From Methanomassiliicoccaceae archaeon (lineage in GTDB: Archaea > Thermoplasmatota > Thermoplasmata > Methanomassiliicoccales > Methanomassiliicoccaceae), in assembly GCA_040776945.1 (NCBI GenBank), contig JAXGZN010000002.1, positions 64,001-128,000 on the forward strand: a stretch of DNA of 64,000 bases. Reading direction: 5' to 3'. The translations under genes were made by a program, and so were the position numbers. Shown here piece by piece: positions 36,215-45,809 of the stretch (position 1 is the first letter of the stretch; every line of letters begins with the position of its first letter). A model generated the notes under the pieces. The model was given only the letters and a program-made list of their open reading frames with translations, was not told where the DNA came from and did no database searches.

Positions 36215-37936
36215 ATGCTCGACATCTCCGACCGCGCTGGCCCGGCCCGCAGAGGCCGATGGACGGCAGGGCAGACCAAGGTCGAATTCCCCAACATGCT
36301 GTTCCGAGGTTCGGCCACGTACCCGGCGCCTACCTGCGCCGAGCTCACGGTCACAGGCCACGAGCGGATCGAGCTGAGGGGCGCCGAAGGGGAGGTTCTG
36401 GCGAGCTTTGCCTCAGGGATCGCTCGACCCTTGGACTACTACAAGGAACCGGTCATCGAGGCCGGGAGCAACGCGCTGCTGGTCCGCGGGAAGCCTACCG
36501 GACCGCTCATGGACCGCCCGGAGGAGATCGTTGTCCTGGGCAACGCCTTCGAGCTAAGAAGGGACGCGAAGGGCTTCGCCGATGCTGTCGTATCTCTCCG
36601 GGAGTCCGTGGGCCCGGACCGGCTGATCTACGCCCCGGGACTGATGGAACCGTCCAACCTGGCCCTCCTCGTGTATTCGGGCATCGACCTCTTCGATACC
36701 ACGCTGCCGCTGTATCAATCGGCAAGGGGGCGGCTGCTCCTGACCGAGGGCTCGCTCCCCGTCGAGGACGGGGGATGGCTGGGGGGAGCAGAGAGCGCGG
36801 AGGAGCATAATCTGGACGCCGCGTGGAAGGAGCTTCAACTGGTCAGGCACATGATCAGGGTCGGCCGGCTCAGGGAGCTGGTGGAGACCAGGGTGAACGC
36901 CAGCCCCTGGATGGTCGCCGCGCTCAGGATGCTGGACCTTAGTCATTACGAATATCAGGAAAAGCGCTGGCCGGTCACCGGCCCCCGGTTCTACGCCAAC
37001 TCCAAGGCCTCGCTGTTCCGCCCGGACGTGTGGCGCTTCCGCCGCCGGATCATGGAGCGTTGGAGGCCCGGCGCCCACAAGAAGGTCCTTCTCCTGATCC
37101 CCTGCTCTGCCAAGAAGCCGTACTTCACATCGAAGAGCCACCGGGCCTTAGAGGAGGTCATGCTCTCGGTGCCGAACTCCTCGGTGGTCCAGGAGCTCAT
37201 CGTCACCTCTCCGCTGGGAGCGGTGCCCCGCGAGCTGGAACTGTTCTACCCGGCCGCCCAGTACGACATCCCGGTCACCGGGAACTGGGACCTGGAGGAA
37301 GTGAGGATGATCCAGTCGCTCGTGTCCCATGCGGCGTCGTTCGGCTTCACCAAGATAATATCTCACCTGGGTAGAGAGAGCGGCTTCGTCCAAGAGGTCG
37401 TCGACAGCGTTGACACCACCCAAGGCGCCGGAACGACGGCGCCAGAGGCCCTCGGTCGGCTGCGAGCGGAGCTAATGGAGGCATGCGAGGCGGCTGAAAA
37501 GGTCCCCCGGGCGGTGGACCGCGTGGAGATGCTTCGCTCCCAGGCCCGTTACCAGTTCGGAGAGGATGGCTCGTCCCTCCTTGACGGCTGCAACGTGGCG
37601 GGAAAGTACCCTTACCTGAAGTTCCTGCGCGGGAACGCTCAGCTGGGCATGCTGACCCCGGAGAGGGGTATGCTTTCCCTGACCATGGACGGCGGGGCGG
37701 TCCTCATGGAAAGGGGCGTCCACACCGTGGAGATGGGCGACTTCGACCTCACTGGTAACCTGTTCGCGATCGGCGTCACCGGCGCGGACGACCGCATCCG
37801 GGCCGGGGACGAGGTCGCCATCGTCCGAAACGGCGAGCTGGAGGGCGTGGGGGTGGCCGCGATGTCCGGAGAGGATATGGTCCAAAGCCGCAGGGGAGAG
37901 GCGGTCCGAGTGAGGCACAAGAGAAAGCGAAAGTGA
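36215..37936 (+). CDS. arcS: Archaeosine synthase subunit alpha (TgtA2) with PUA domain
   Basis: GRLRELVE, PCSAKKPY..SKSH, TSPLG.VPRELE..YPA..YDIPVTGNW, C-terminal PUA (IRAGDEV...GVGVA). Confidence 0.9.
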   Translation: MLDISDRAGPARRGRWTAGQTKVEFPNMLFRGSATYPAPTCAELTVTGHERIELRGAEGEVLASFASGIARPLDYYKEPVIEAGSNALLVRGKPTGPLMDRPEEIVVLGNAFELRRDAKGFADAVVSLRESVGPDRLIYAPGLMEPSNLALLVYSGIDLFDTTLPLYQSARGRLLLTEGSLPVEDGGWLGGAESAEEHNLDAAWKELQLVRHMIRVGRLRELVETRVNASPWMVAALRMLDLSHYEYQEKRWPVTGPRFYANSKASLFRPDVWRFRRRIMERWRPGAHKKVLLLIPCSAKKPYFTSKSHRALEEVMLSVPNSSVVQELIVTSPLGAVPRELELFYPAAQYDIPVTGNWDLEEVRMIQSLVSHAASFGFTKIISHLGRESGFVQEVVDSVDTTQGAGTTAPEALGRLRAELMEACEAAEKVPRAVDRVEMLRSQARYQFGEDGSSLLDGCNVAGKYPYLKFLRGNAQLGMLTPERGMLSLTMDGGAVLMERGVHTVEMGDFDLTGNLFAIGVTGADDRIRAGDEVAIVRNGELEGVGVAAMSGEDMVQSRRGEAVRVRHKRKRK

Positions 37937-38672
37937 CCACTTTCAAAACAGATTTTTCAATCCAGACGTAAAGGCCGCATTTCGATCTTCGGCCATCTCC
38001 CACCCTTGATGTTATAAAAAGGAACGCCGCTCAAGAGTCCTGTGATATGACAGCGCTCTCCGACGTGGAGGACAATGGTTGGGAAGAGGTCTACCGCGCC
38101 AACGGGGTGCGTTGTGATATCGAGACGAAAGTATCATCCCAAGGCGAGGTCGGGGTTTGCCCGGCCCCCCTCGCAAATCCCTTATTCATTTTAAAGATCG
38201 AGAGGGAGCGGAGCTCCATCCCATCTGCCGCTCCCCTCGAGACCTTCATATGATCGTCCACAAGAAGACCGCGACCAGGCAAATTTCTCGTTAGGGCCCC
38301 TCTCCCCAGAAGGGCCGACATGTTCACCATCCTCAAATCATCGATCATCAGGGCGATTAGCTGAACGTCCCGGTTTATCGCTCGATGCTCTCTAATGGTG
38401 AGACACCATCCTAAGACGGCCCCTCATGCACGAGACGCCATAATTGGCCCGCGGTCCGGACAGAGCACATGGGACCTCATCTGCATCAATGAACGATATG
38501 CCGAAGGTCGACCTCTGCGCCATATCGTCGACGGTCAGGGGCGCCCCCCGCTCGCGATAAAAGGCTCCCCGGAACCATGATAATCTGGTAGTTGAAGGAC
38601 AAAGCCCGCTCAAGCGGAAAGAAGAGCTCTAGCCAGCATATATCAAGGCGATTGGTAGGTTAAAAAGATGAG

Positions 38673-38745
38673 TGCAGGTGCCGGGATTCGAACCCGGGCG
38701 TTTAGCTTGGAAGGCTAAAATCCTAACCAACTAGATTACACCTGC
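38673..38745 (-). tRNA. tRNA-Gly (TCC), CCA not encoded
   Basis: Reverse complement GCAGGTGTAATCTAGTTGGTTAGGATTTTAGCCTTCCAAGCTAAACGCCCGGGTTCGAATCCCGGCACCTGCA; TTTTAAA box about 25 nt upstream. Confidence 0.95.
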
Positions 38746-39220
38746 GCGCTCCACCCTAAATCATTTCCCCTTTAAAAGGGTTGTTGATGCGCTGGACGGT
38801 GGAGTGGAGAACAGAACGATATGAAGAAGGGGGGGAGAGGGAGCACCCCATCCTGTGCTCTCTCCAAAGGTGGACGATATAGTTCCATGGCGACTAACTG
38901 TTCAGCCGTCTCCCATCCTTGACCGCTGATCCCTTTCGCCGCTGATCATAGAACCAACCGTTCCGTTAGTTCGATGTTGCATCCCATCCGAAGGTTTTTG
39001 TCCGACAATAGTCAGACGATTACCGGCATTACGGTCACAGATATATATAACTTCGCTTACGGTGGGCCGCGATCTCAAACATGCATCGCCCAGATGGTCG
39101 TTCGGGACCTGGTCTAGGACGGGTGTCCGACAGGTGGACGACATATTGCAGTTCGATGGCACTTTTAGAAAAGCCTTTTTATGCATATAGCACGATAGGC
39201 CGCCCAGTTTAGGTGATGGG

Positions 39221-42200
39221 ATGGGATTTCTAGAGTCGCTCCGCGACAAGGAGCTGAGAGGGCTCTATAGAGCTCGGAAGCTGATCGAGAACGCCGACCT
39301 GCAAGCTGCCCGCGGGAACGTTCCGGAGGCTATGGCCGAGCTCGAAAAGGCGAAGGATCTGGTTTCGCGCGACGGGATCAAGGAGAGCCCCCATTCCAAG
39401 GACTACGCGAGCGTTCTCGTCCTCATGTCAGGAGTGTTCCTCAAGGTGCAAAGCCTTGAGGATGCCCTGAAGGCGGCGGACAAGGCGCTCACACTGGCCC
39501 CTGCTGACCCGATGGCCCTTGCCGCCCGGGCCCGAGCGCTGGCCGCCAACGGCACGCACTCTGAGGCCAGCGCGGTGATGGACAAGGCCCTGGAGCTGAA
39601 GGGGAACGACAGGAAGCTGTTATTCGACAAGGCAAAGGTGCTGGAGGAGGCCGGAAGGAAGGAGGAGGCCGTGGCCACTTACATGAAGGTAGTGGAGATG
39701 GACCCTTCCGACATCGAGACCTACGATGTGCTGATAGCTCTCGACGACCGCCTCAAATGGTCCGTGGCCAAGGCGGAAGCGCTGCTGCGGGCAAAGCGCA
39801 CCGATGATTCCCTAAAGGCCCTGGAGGACGTCCTGTCCCAAGACCCGGAAAATGTGGACGTGATGCTGGTCAAGGCCCGCATCCTGATGGAAAGGGATGA
39901 CCTGGAGGGAGCTCTGGAGATATACGACCGCGCACTGACAGTCGATCCGGGATCATTCAGCGCCAACCTGGGGAAGGCCCAAGTGCTCCGCGCCTCGGAC
40001 AACAAGGAGGAGGCGGTGAGATATTACAAGGAGGCCTTGAAGGCCGACCTGCAGAGGAAGGAGACCTGGGCCGAGGTCGGACCCCTCCTGGAGGAGCTGA
40101 AGCGCCTGGAGGAAGCAGAGAAGGTCTACGAGCACGCCTTGGACATTGACCCTCGATACCTGCCGGCCCTGGAGGGCCGCTACCGGACGGTGGTGGCGCA
40201 GGAGAAGTGGCCTGAGACCGTGGAGGCCGCATCCAACCTGCTGGCCCAGAGACCGGAGCTGGCCGTGCACAAGCAAAAGATAGGTGCTCTGGTCAAGTCC
40301 CAGCGGTTCACGGAAGCGCTCGACTCGACCAACCAGGCGCTGCAGGCGTTCCCGGGGGAGCCGGAGCTGCTGGCCGAGAAAAGGGACATCTCCGTGGCCC
40401 TGGGGATGGGGGACGAGGTCGTCAAGAACAGCGAGGAGATCCTTGCCCGCAACCCTCAGGACCCAGAGAGCATGTACCAACTGGGCGTGGCATACTCGAA
40501 GGCCATGCGTTTCCCCGAATCGGCGAAGACCTTGGAGAAGGCGCTCAAGGTCCATGAGAACAAGGAGAAGGTGCTGATCGCGCTCAAGGACGCCTACAAG
40601 GGATCAGGCAAGGACCGGGACGTGCTGGACGCATGCGATCGCCTGCTCAGGGTCAACCCCAAGAACACCAGCGCGATGATAGATGCCGGAATCGCCCTGG
40701 ACCGTTCCGGCCGCAGGGATGACGCGACCCAGCTCTACGAGAGGGCCCTGGACCTGGAGCCAGGGAACCAAGATGCGCTTCGCAACCTTTGCATTTCGCT
40801 CTTCAACCAGAAGAAGCTCGATCGCGCCCTGGAGAGGGCCATTGCCGGCACACAGCTGTTCTCCTCGGACCCAGCGTTCTGGAGGGTGAAGGGCGATACC
40901 CTTTATGCCACCGGACGCTTCTCTGAAGCGGCGGAGGCGCTGGCCAAGGCCATCTCCTTGGAGCCAGGAAACAAGCTGCTGTGGTGGTCCCGAGGGATGG
41001 CCCTGGTCTCGGACCAGAGGTACGAGGAAGGCCTGGCATCATACGATGAGGCGCTGCAGCTCGATCCCAACGATTTCAACATATGGATAAGCAAAGGCAT
41101 GGTCCTGTCGCTCATGGAGAGGCATGCCCAGGCCATCCAAGGGTTCGACCGGGCCCTCGCCCTGGACGACAACAGCAAGATCGCGCACACGCACCGCGGC
41201 AAGGCCCTGGCGATGGTGGGGATGCACGCGGAGGCGGTAAGGTCCTTCGACCGCTCCCTTTCACTGGGCCACAGAGACCTGGAGGCCCTGGAGGCGAGGA
41301 AGGAATCCCTCAAGGTAATGGGGATCACGGACGAGATCATCGCCACCTGCGAGCAGATCCTTAAACTGGACCCCCGGAACCGCGCCGCCGCGGTGGACCG
41401 GGCCTTGGCCCTGCAGTCCGCTGGCCGGGTCGACGACGCCCTCAAGGCATATAATCGGGTGCTTGACAACGAGCCTAGGGACATCATGGTCCTGGAGCGG
41501 AAGAAGGACGCCTTGAGGATCAAGGGCGACCACCAAGGTGTGATCGAGGTGTGCAACATCCTCCTTCAGATCGAGCCCCGGTCGAAGACCGCCCATGCGG
41601 ACCGGGGAGATGCGCTGGTAGCTCTAGGCAGGACCGAGGATGCGCTGGTGGAGTACGATTACGCCTCCAAGCTGGACCCCGGCGATAAGGTGATGCTCAA
41701 CAAGAAGGGCTTGGTGCTGATGGACCTTGGGAACTTCAACGCCGCGGCGGAAGCGTTCGATCAAGGCTGGAGACTGGATCCGGGTGATTCGATAATGCTC
41801 GACAACAAGGGGCGCGCCCTTCTGGCCGGGCAGGACGCCACCGGGGCACTGGAGGCGTTCAACGAGGCCGCCACGCTCAACCCTTCGAACCACACCTTCC
41901 GGATGGACCAAGGCCGAGCCCTTGCCGCCCTGGGCCATTACGACGAAGCGCTCGACCGCCTGGACGAGGGCCTGGCGCTCAACGGACAGGACCACCAGAT
42001 ATGGAGGTACAAAGGGAACGTCCTATTCAAGATGGGAAATAAGGAACAGGCGGTCCAGAGCTACGAGCGCTCGATCGAGCTGGGAGGGAACGTAGCAAGC
42101 ACCTTCCGTTCCAAGGGAAGGGCGGAGGAGGAGCTCGGGCGGCTGGAGGACGCGTTGTCCTCCTATCTAAGCGCTACCGAGTCGGAGCCCAACGATGCCC

Positions 42201-43993
42201 AGCTGTGGATGCGCATCGGCGTGGTGCAGGCCAAGCTGAACAGGATCGCGGACGCCGTGAGCAGCCTGGAGAGGTCCATCCACGTAGACCGGACCAACAA
42301 CCGCGCATGGCTCAACAAGGCCGCTCTCCTGGAGAAGCTGGGAGAGGACGAGGAAGCGCTCCTATGCTACGATACGGTCCTGGGCAACGAACCGCAGGAC
42401 CGCTATGCTTGGAGCGGGAAGGGCCGAATCCTCATGAAGATGGAGAAGCTCGACCACGCCAAACGGGCCTTCGATCGCGCACTGGAGATAGACCCTCAGC
42501 TGCCGTCAGCGGTAGAGGGCAGCGCTATGCTGGACAAGCTGCTCAAGGAACGCCAGATATCGATCTACGCGGCCAAGGTCTTGGAGCATGAGTACCGCCG
42601 TAACGCTAGGATAACCAGGGAGGAGGCGTTCAAGGAGTGCGGGCTGCCGTTCAGCGCGCTCGACGAGGTCACGGCCTTCCTAAAGGCCAGGGAGCAGGTG
42701 CACGTCGAGGCGCTCGACGAGGAGAGGTTCCGCGCCTATGAAGTGCTTTCCCGCGAGGTATTGATGGCCACACTAGGCAATCCCGGTTATCAGAAGCAAG
42801 GGCTGCGCCTAGCGGACGTGTACATGAACATGCGCGACCGCGACGTGGTGAGGGCCAAGAAGGTGATGGCGTACATCGAGACCGTGAACCGCATGGATTT
42901 CCCGCCTGAGAAGGTGGACCGCAAGACCGAGAAGATGGTGCGGGCGGCAATGGACCTGCCGGCCGACGCTCACAACACCTTGGGAGTGATGCAGCACCTC
43001 GAGGTCGGGCTGTACACCGCTCGCCGCATCGTCAGCATACTGAGCGATCTCAATGGTCGGGGGGCCCCTCCGAGGCAGTACCAGGCAGCAAGGGAAAGAG
43101 CGCCGGCGCCCGAACCGTCGTTCGAGGCTCCGCGCGAGGCGCCGGCGACCAGGGAGCGGCCACCGCTCGATGACGATCCAATAGCCGAGACACAGGAGGC
43201 AAGACCGATGTTCAGGAGAAGGAAGAAGGAGGAAGAGAGGCCCCCCCGGCCGGTGGACCGCAGCAACGCAGCGACGGTCACCTTCGACCCGGGCACCAGC
43301 GAGTACCACGGGCGCAAGTGCCTGTTCCACGGCGAGAGCGCAGTGGCGGTGTGCCCCAACTGCGGGACGCTGTTCTGCACAGAGTGCGCCGATAATCTGG
43401 ACGCCTGTCCGCGATGCAACCTGGCGATCGATTTCGTGGACCAAAGCAAGGTCCCCCTGGCAGTGGACGACCGCGATCTCATAGAGACCGATGCTCAACG
43501 CAAAGCGATCCAGCAGAGGTGGGCGATGAAACGGCTGGCCGAGGCGGACATGAACAGCCAGGCCAAGAAGAGGGAGATACGCGCCGCTACCCCGGACCGC
43601 GACAAGATGGTCGAGAAGCTCATGCGCGACACCCATAAGGCGTATGGGGGCACTCTTGTCCAGGACGCTCCAAAGCAGGCCTACCGGGCCGCTCTGGAGA
43701 GGACCGTGGAACCAACCCCGCAGGAGCCTACGCTTCAGGACCAGATAGAGCTTATCCAGCAGGACGCTCCTGAGCCTCAGGTATATGCACCGGCGGACCC
43801 TGACCCCGAAAGATCGGTCCACCGGCCGGCCGCAGAAGAGCCCATGGAAGAGGGGCCCGCTCCCGAGGAACTTCTTCCGGAGGACCTCATTCCAACGACA
43901 AAGAAAGCCGACGACAAGAGGGAGAAGCTCCTGGAGATACTGTCCCAGGATGATGCCCCATCGGAGGAGTCCAGAGACCTCAGCCGGCTTTGA
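39221..43993 (+). CDS. Giant TPR-repeat protein with C-terminal Cys/His zinc-binding module
   Basis: About 1100 aa of consecutive 34-aa TPR-like units (..A...Y..AL.L.P); CLFH...CPNC...CTEC...CPRC; Pro/Glu-rich tail. Confidence 0.88.
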   Translation: MGFLESLRDKELRGLYRARKLIENADLQAARGNVPEAMAELEKAKDLVSRDGIKESPHSKDYASVLVLMSGVFLKVQSLEDALKAADKALTLAPADPMALAARARALAANGTHSEASAVMDKALELKGNDRKLLFDKAKVLEEAGRKEEAVATYMKVVEMDPSDIETYDVLIALDDRLKWSVAKAEALLRAKRTDDSLKALEDVLSQDPENVDVMLVKARILMERDDLEGALEIYDRALTVDPGSFSANLGKAQVLRASDNKEEAVRYYKEALKADLQRKETWAEVGPLLEELKRLEEAEKVYEHALDIDPRYLPALEGRYRTVVAQEKWPETVEAASNLLAQRPELAVHKQKIGALVKSQRFTEALDSTNQALQAFPGEPELLAEKRDISVALGMGDEVVKNSEEILARNPQDPESMYQLGVAYSKAMRFPESAKTLEKALKVHENKEKVLIALKDAYKGSGKDRDVLDACDRLLRVNPKNTSAMIDAGIALDRSGRRDDATQLYERALDLEPGNQDALRNLCISLFNQKKLDRALERAIAGTQLFSSDPAFWRVKGDTLYATGRFSEAAEALAKAISLEPGNKLLWWSRGMALVSDQRYEEGLASYDEALQLDPNDFNIWISKGMVLSLMERHAQAIQGFDRALALDDNSKIAHTHRGKALAMVGMHAEAVRSFDRSLSLGHRDLEALEARKESLKVMGITDEIIATCEQILKLDPRNRAAAVDRALALQSAGRVDDALKAYNRVLDNEPRDIMVLERKKDALRIKGDHQGVIEVCNILLQIEPRSKTAHADRGDALVALGRTEDALVEYDYASKLDPGDKVMLNKKGLVLMDLGNFNAAAEAFDQGWRLDPGDSIMLDNKGRALLAGQDATGALEAFNEAATLNPSNHTFRMDQGRALAALGHYDEALDRLDEGLALNGQDHQIWRYKGNVLFKMGNKEQAVQSYERSIELGGNVASTFRSKGRAEEELGRLEDALSSYLSATESEPNDAQLWMRIGVVQAKLNRIADAVSSLERSIHVDRTNNRAWLNKAALLEKLGEDEEALLCYDTVLGNEPQDRYAWSGKGRILMKMEKLDHAKRAFDRALEIDPQLPSAVEGSAMLDKLLKERQISIYAAKVLEHEYRRNARITREEAFKECGLPFSALDEVTAFLKAREQVHVEALDEERFRAYEVLSREVLMATLGNPGYQKQGLRLADVYMNMRDRDVVRAKKVMAYIETVNRMDFPPEKVDRKTEKMVRAAMDLPADAHNTLGVMQHLEVGLYTARRIVSILSDLNGRGAPPRQYQAARERAPAPEPSFEAPREAPATRERPPLDDDPIAETQEARPMFRRRKKEEERPPRPVDRSNAATVTFDPGTSEYHGRKCLFHGESAVAVCPNCGTLFCTECADNLDACPRCNLAIDFVDQSKVPLAVDDRDLIETDAQRKAIQQRWAMKRLAEADMNSQAKKREIRAATPDRDKMVEKLMRDTHKAYGGTLVQDAPKQAYRAALERTVEPTPQEPTLQDQIELIQQDAPEPQVYAPADPDPERSVHRPAAEEPMEEGPAPEELLPEDLIPTTKKADDKREKLLEILSQDDAPSEESRDLSRL

Positions 43994-44101
43994 ACGCTGA
44001 TCCATGGCCGCCCTGGCCGTTGCGTCCTCGGCGGCCTGCCCTTCCTATCTCAGCATCATCAGGGACAACGGTCTCCCCGGGAATGTCCCGAAGCGCTCTC
44101 G

Positions 44102-45403
44102 TCAATAATCGATCAGGTCGTCCTTCTTCATGAACTCCCTGAGGAGCGAGGTGGCGTAGCAGCCCTTGTTCAATGAGAATGAGAACCGGACATCCTCCCC
44201 AACGACCTCATGATCGAGGTCTATGATGCGCCCCAGCACCTCGCGGCGGTTGCCCTTGGACGAGCATTGGTGCAGGTACGGCACCACAAAGTCCTTGTTC
44301 TCCAGACCCTCAGACGAGATGACCGCCCTCTCGATCTCGCCCATCTCGCCTTCGCACAGCACCGACTCGGACCCGAACAACACCGCGCTGACGAACGCCC
44401 GCCCGTTTCGAACCTGCCTTTCCACGAGGTCCAGGTTCCCGGCGGTCACCGGGACGCCCCGGTCATGGTCCGGCAGTCCCAGCCGATCGGCCGGCAGGAC
44501 CACGTCCCCGACCAGCGGCCGGCCTAGCGGCAGGCCGCGGCGGATGCGCTCGCTCAGCATCCGGTTGAACAGGTATGATTGGTAGGCATGCACGAACATC
44601 ATCTGCAGGTTTGGCGGCAGGACCTGTATCGCCCCCACATAATCTCCCGGATTGCGGGCCAGGTACCCAATTACCATGCGCTCGAAGGTCAGCGTCCGGG
44701 GGAAATAATCCAGCGCCCGTTGGAAATCCCGCTCGCGATCAAGGGTTCGTCTGGCCTCCCGGGCCTCCTCGCTCTCCTGGGCCACCGGGTTCCCTGCATA
44801 GGTCATGGCCGCTCTTTCGAAGTCGCCCCTGACGATCCACTTGCCGACCTCGTGGGTCACCGGACGAACGGCCCCGAAACGCTGTACTCCAAAGAAGTTG
44901 GGAAAGCCCCCCAGCTCCTTCAGCGCCCCTGAGGTGCGCTCCAGCGAAGAGCTGAGGTCGTCGCCGGAAAGGGAGACGCCAGTGACCAGGATCCTGAAAC
45001 GGTTGCCCACCAGATCGCCTATGGCAAGCGGCTTCCTCGCAGGATAGGCATCCTCGACCTTAACCTGGTGAACGTCGATCCCCATCACCTGCTCCACCGG
45101 AGCCTGGAAGGACATCAGCTGGGACGTTATCGCCCTTTTATCCTTGGTGCCGGCGAACCCTATCGCGTCCCGCGATATGCGCAGCGCCTTCGACAGCTCT
45201 CGCACCAGGCGGTTCATCTCCCAGTTCTGGGCGGTGACCTTGGCGATGGTGAACCGGCCGCCCTCGGAGCGCTCAGGGTATGATGATATCTCCTCCACCT
45301 GAAAATCCTCAGGGGAGCGTTTCAAACGGCCGCCGATGCCGGGGGCATCGGTATAGAAGACCTCGAGGCCGATGAGGGCCTCGCGAGAACTGCACTCCAG
45401 CAT
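44102..45403 (-). CDS. truD: tRNA pseudouridine(13) synthase
   Basis: PEDFQVEE, AGTKDKRAITSQ, GNRF, NFFGVQRFG, HAYQSYLFN, GCYATSLLRE. Confidence 0.95.
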   Translation of the reverse strand: MLECSSREALIGLEVFYTDAPGIGGRLKRSPEDFQVEEISSYPERSEGGRFTIAKVTAQNWEMNRLVRELSKALRISRDAIGFAGTKDKRAITSQLMSFQAPVEQVMGIDVHQVKVEDAYPARKPLAIGDLVGNRFRILVTGVSLSGDDLSSSLERTSGALKELGGFPNFFGVQRFGAVRPVTHEVGKWIVRGDFERAAMTYAGNPVAQESEEAREARRTLDRERDFQRALDYFPRTLTFERMVIGYLARNPGDYVGAIQVLPPNLQMMFVHAYQSYLFNRMLSERIRRGLPLGRPLVGDVVLPADRLGLPDHDRGVPVTAGNLDLVERQVRNGRAFVSAVLFGSESVLCEGEMGEIERAVISSEGLENKDFVVPYLHQCSSKGNRREVLGRIIDLDHEVVGEDVRFSFSLNKGCYATSLLREFMKKDDLIDY

Positions 45404-45404
45404 G

Positions 45405-45677
45405 TCACTTGCTCTTTTCCAGCTTCTCCCGCGCTTCCTTGAACTCATTGGCCACGGACTTGGCGGCCCTCTTCAGCGCGGTCTGGGGTTTGCCGCTCTT
45501 CACCTTGATGTAGAGGATGGGAACATCCAGGTCAGGGTGTCCAGTGGTGAACTTGACATCCTCCACGCCCTCGTCGGCCAGCAGCTCGCTGATGAGGGGC
45601 TGGATCAGGGTCATGTCGGCATCGCGGATCTGGACGCGCAGGGAATCCTTATCCTTGTCTAGAAGCTGGAGTTGCAT
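45405..45677 (-). CDS. rpoL: DNA-directed RNA polymerase subunit L (Rpo11)
   Basis: 90 aa; DADMTLIQPLISELL..V..V.F..GHP, KPQTALKRAA. Confidence 0.88.
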   Translation of the reverse strand: MQLQLLDKDKDSLRVQIRDADMTLIQPLISELLADEGVEDVKFTTGHPDLDVPILYIKVKSGKPQTALKRAAKSVANEFKEAREKLEKSK

Positions 45678-45809
45678 GTGGCGCTCAATACTCCAACTTA
45701 TTATAAAGGTTTTCTTTACCCGCACCGGCATCCCAGCAAGCGCGACTGGTAGGTCCATCATGGGCCAGGTCGATGGCCGCACTTGCCGGGCGAGGTCGAT
45801 GGAACCGCT

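Noticed and set aside
38835-38865. Stem-loop GAGGGAGCAC/GTGCTCTCTC upstream of tRNA-Gly
   Set aside because: A single 10-bp stem with no second copy or recognisable RNA family; could be chance.
39221-42560. Periodic sequence suggesting a repeat array or CRISPR
   Set aside because: The periodicity is degenerate protein-level TPR repetition; there are no identical DNA repeats with spacers and no cas genes anywhere in the window.
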